Both the position numbers and the translations under genes were made by a program. Below the pieces are notes generated by a model. The model was not told where the DNA came from. It was given only the letters and a program-made list of their open reading frames with translations, and did no database searches. DNA of 64,000 bases from Alloascoidea hylecoeti (taxonomy: Eukaryota), in contig BCKZ01000004.1 of the NCBI GenBank assembly GCA_001600815.1, positions 1,267,566 to 1,331,565 on the forward strand, given 5' to 3'. The stretch's first letter is position 1, and each line of letters opens with the position of its first letter. Below are positions 61,801 to 64,000 of the stretch, piece after piece.

Positions 61801-63544
61801 TTTATAGACAGAATTTCACTTAAAATACTACTTATGGCGGCAGCGCTAATCCTCTTCTGAAGCAATTCCGAATTCGTGAAAGATGAAGGAATATTTTTTG
61901 AGTTCGATTATATAATTAATATTAATATTTGTTGGATATCGATTGTGGTGTGACTCCTTCTCCTTCTTAAGTTCCTGAGAATCTTCTGATGGCTTAACTT
62001 ATGCTTATATTAACATAATCAATCATATATGATTATTTGATTATAATTTATAATTAATATAACCTTGAACGTTCTTATATAAGCTTTTGGTACGTAGGAA
62101 ATATATAGATCAGGAAGAAAAGAAATTTGAAATCAGTATTTTCAATATATGTCATAATTGCCTGAAGATAATATAATATTAAAAATCGGAAATCGAATAC
62201 GGTGAAGAATCATATACTAGCAATTACACAATTTTAATTGTAACTAAAAATGCTATCTAAAATTTAAAGACCATGTTGAATGGATATTCAACATAAAACA
62301 TTAGAGCAAATTTAGCTATGCTAAATAATCAAACAAGGAAATCAATAATTGCTCACAATCGTCACTCACTCTTTGTAAAACATGTAAGCAACTACGTACT
62401 TATGCCAACGGCTCGGAGAGGAATATTTTGATAATTTTATGAAGACCACTCACACATTGTTGTTAATCTATTATAATATTCCCTTTAAATCTTTAGGTGT
62501 CTTAATATTATATACGTGAACGCCGTGAACCCGATGTGTGCTAGACTTGAATTTTTATTTAATATTTAATTTGTAGGTTGCCAAACCCACTACTGTTGTA
62601 TATTACTATTATAGATACTAATGCTATACTGATATATCTTACTAAAGATGCACCAATTTAACTCAACTCCTAAATTGCCAATTTTCAAAAACAATGAAGT
62701 AGATATTAAATAATACTTAATGGATCACGAGAATCGTATAAACATGAATTGTGAATTCTTGTGAATTTGTATGCCAAATATTATTACAAACTTTATGCTG
62801 TGACTCCTCTTTAAAAATTTAATTTTATTTGCGGCTTTTGGGAAGGCCGGACATTTCGTGCACGCTTAAGCCTTCACAAAGTCAACAAGTAATATGAATA
62901 TAACTTCTAATTGTTTATTGGAAATAATCTAGAGTTCAATCATTTCCTATGTTTGAAATTTTAAATTCATGTTGAGGACAACTTGAAACTTTTAAATTTT
63001 TATTTGGGTCTCTCGGAGAATGCAACAACACGGGTTTTTCAAATCATCAAACCACTTCACACAAGTTATAAAATTATGAAAATAATGTGAGCTGATAATC
63101 AAAATGTCTTCTATTGCCGTCCAGGACTCGTCATCCGACCGCCTTTATAGCCTCTTTTTACAGCCTTGTGTGGTTAAGAAAAGGTTCTCGCTATATAACA
63201 GCCAATCGATAATGTCAATTATATTATTGGCTGTTATATTATATTATTACTTTATTACACAACAATATTTAACAATCTTTTGGTAGCTGTAGCCCGTCCC
63301 ATTGCAACCAAAATGGAAATATAATAATCGACCGATTTTTTTGATAGGATCTGGATAGGATTTGACTTATAATTACAAGGATTTTATTTCTGAATTATCT
63401 CTTATTTATTCTAAATATATATTTTCCTTTCTTTTCATTTTTACTTATATTTGTTTCTTATATACACTGCTCCCACACATTGATTTTAACATATTTAAAA
63501 AGTCTCTTCATTTATGCTTTATATAGAACTAGCAGAATTATAGA

Positions 63545-64000
63545 ATGACAAATACAACTTCAACGTTTCAAATACTTGATCTTCCTGATGAACTGATCAC
63601 AAAAATAATATCTTTTCTACAATATAAAGATTTTTTAAATCTTACAGTTTCTTGTAAAAAGTTAAACGATTTTAATAATGATCAAACTATACGGCTCATG
63701 ATTGCATCATCCGATCCATTTGTTAACAAATTTGAAACAGAATCATGGAAACAAGCCTTAAAAAGATATCATTTAGCGACACATATAACACGACACAACG
63801 CTGCAATTACGATATCTTCAGGCAAATTTAATGAGTTTGGTATACCTTTAAAGGCTCCTGATCCATTCCAAGTTCATATTAATCAATTTCCCGTACATCC
63901 AATTGACATTTGTTTTATGTCTAAGACTCTTAGAGCGCCATATAAATGTGGAAAGGATAGGAAAGGTCTTGTAAGATTAAATGAGGATATGTATTTATGT
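63545..64000 (+). CDS. F-box protein, 5' part (runs off the window)
   Basis: MTNTTSTFQILDLPDELITKIISFLQYKDFLNLTVSCKKLNDF is a textbook F-box; the frame stays open to the window end. Confidence 0.85.
   Translation, partial: MTNTTSTFQILDLPDELITKIISFLQYKDFLNLTVSCKKLNDFNNDQTIRLMIASSDPFVNKFETESWKQALKRYHLATHITRHNAAITISSGKFNEFGIPLKAPDPFQVHINQFPVHPIDICFMSKTLRAPYKCGKDRKGLVRLNEDMYLC

Overview
AT-rich, intron-rich fungal genomic DNA, most likely a budding yeast (Saccharomycotina) that reads CUG as Leu. Intact genes: an Fcr1-like Zn2Cys6 transcription factor, calcineurin A, three tandem Hsp12-family genes, SDS22, a 6-exon mitochondrial acyl-carrier-protein-like gene, two F-box proteins, RPL19, a Mutator/FAR1-type Zn-finger gene, an Asn-rich unknown protein, a cupin, NAC-alpha (EGD2), a Dnf1/2 P4-ATPase and a DUF4246 protein. 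Several of these are missed or broken in the ORF track because of introns; exon boundaries were derived by hand. Between them lie many decayed genes (aldo-keto reductase, FMN alpha-hydroxy-acid dehydrogenase, nitroreductase, WD40 and arrestin-like relics, cupin and SDS22 duplicates) and transposon relics (copia gag, pogo HTH, TA-flanked MITEs). Most notable: (1) an intact, correctly spliceable ACP whose phosphopantetheine-acceptor Ser is replaced by Glu (LGFDELY instead of LGLDSLD); (2) a ~16-unit 23-bp phased array with a conserved TAATTAGC core and variable linkers, starting at a pogo-type TIR end; (3) a family of transposase-less MULE/FAR1 Zn-finger genes with a hypervariable DNA-binding loop; (4) Hsp12 paralogs that have switched from acidic to basic/His-rich. 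All family assignments are from motif recognition by eye, not database searches.
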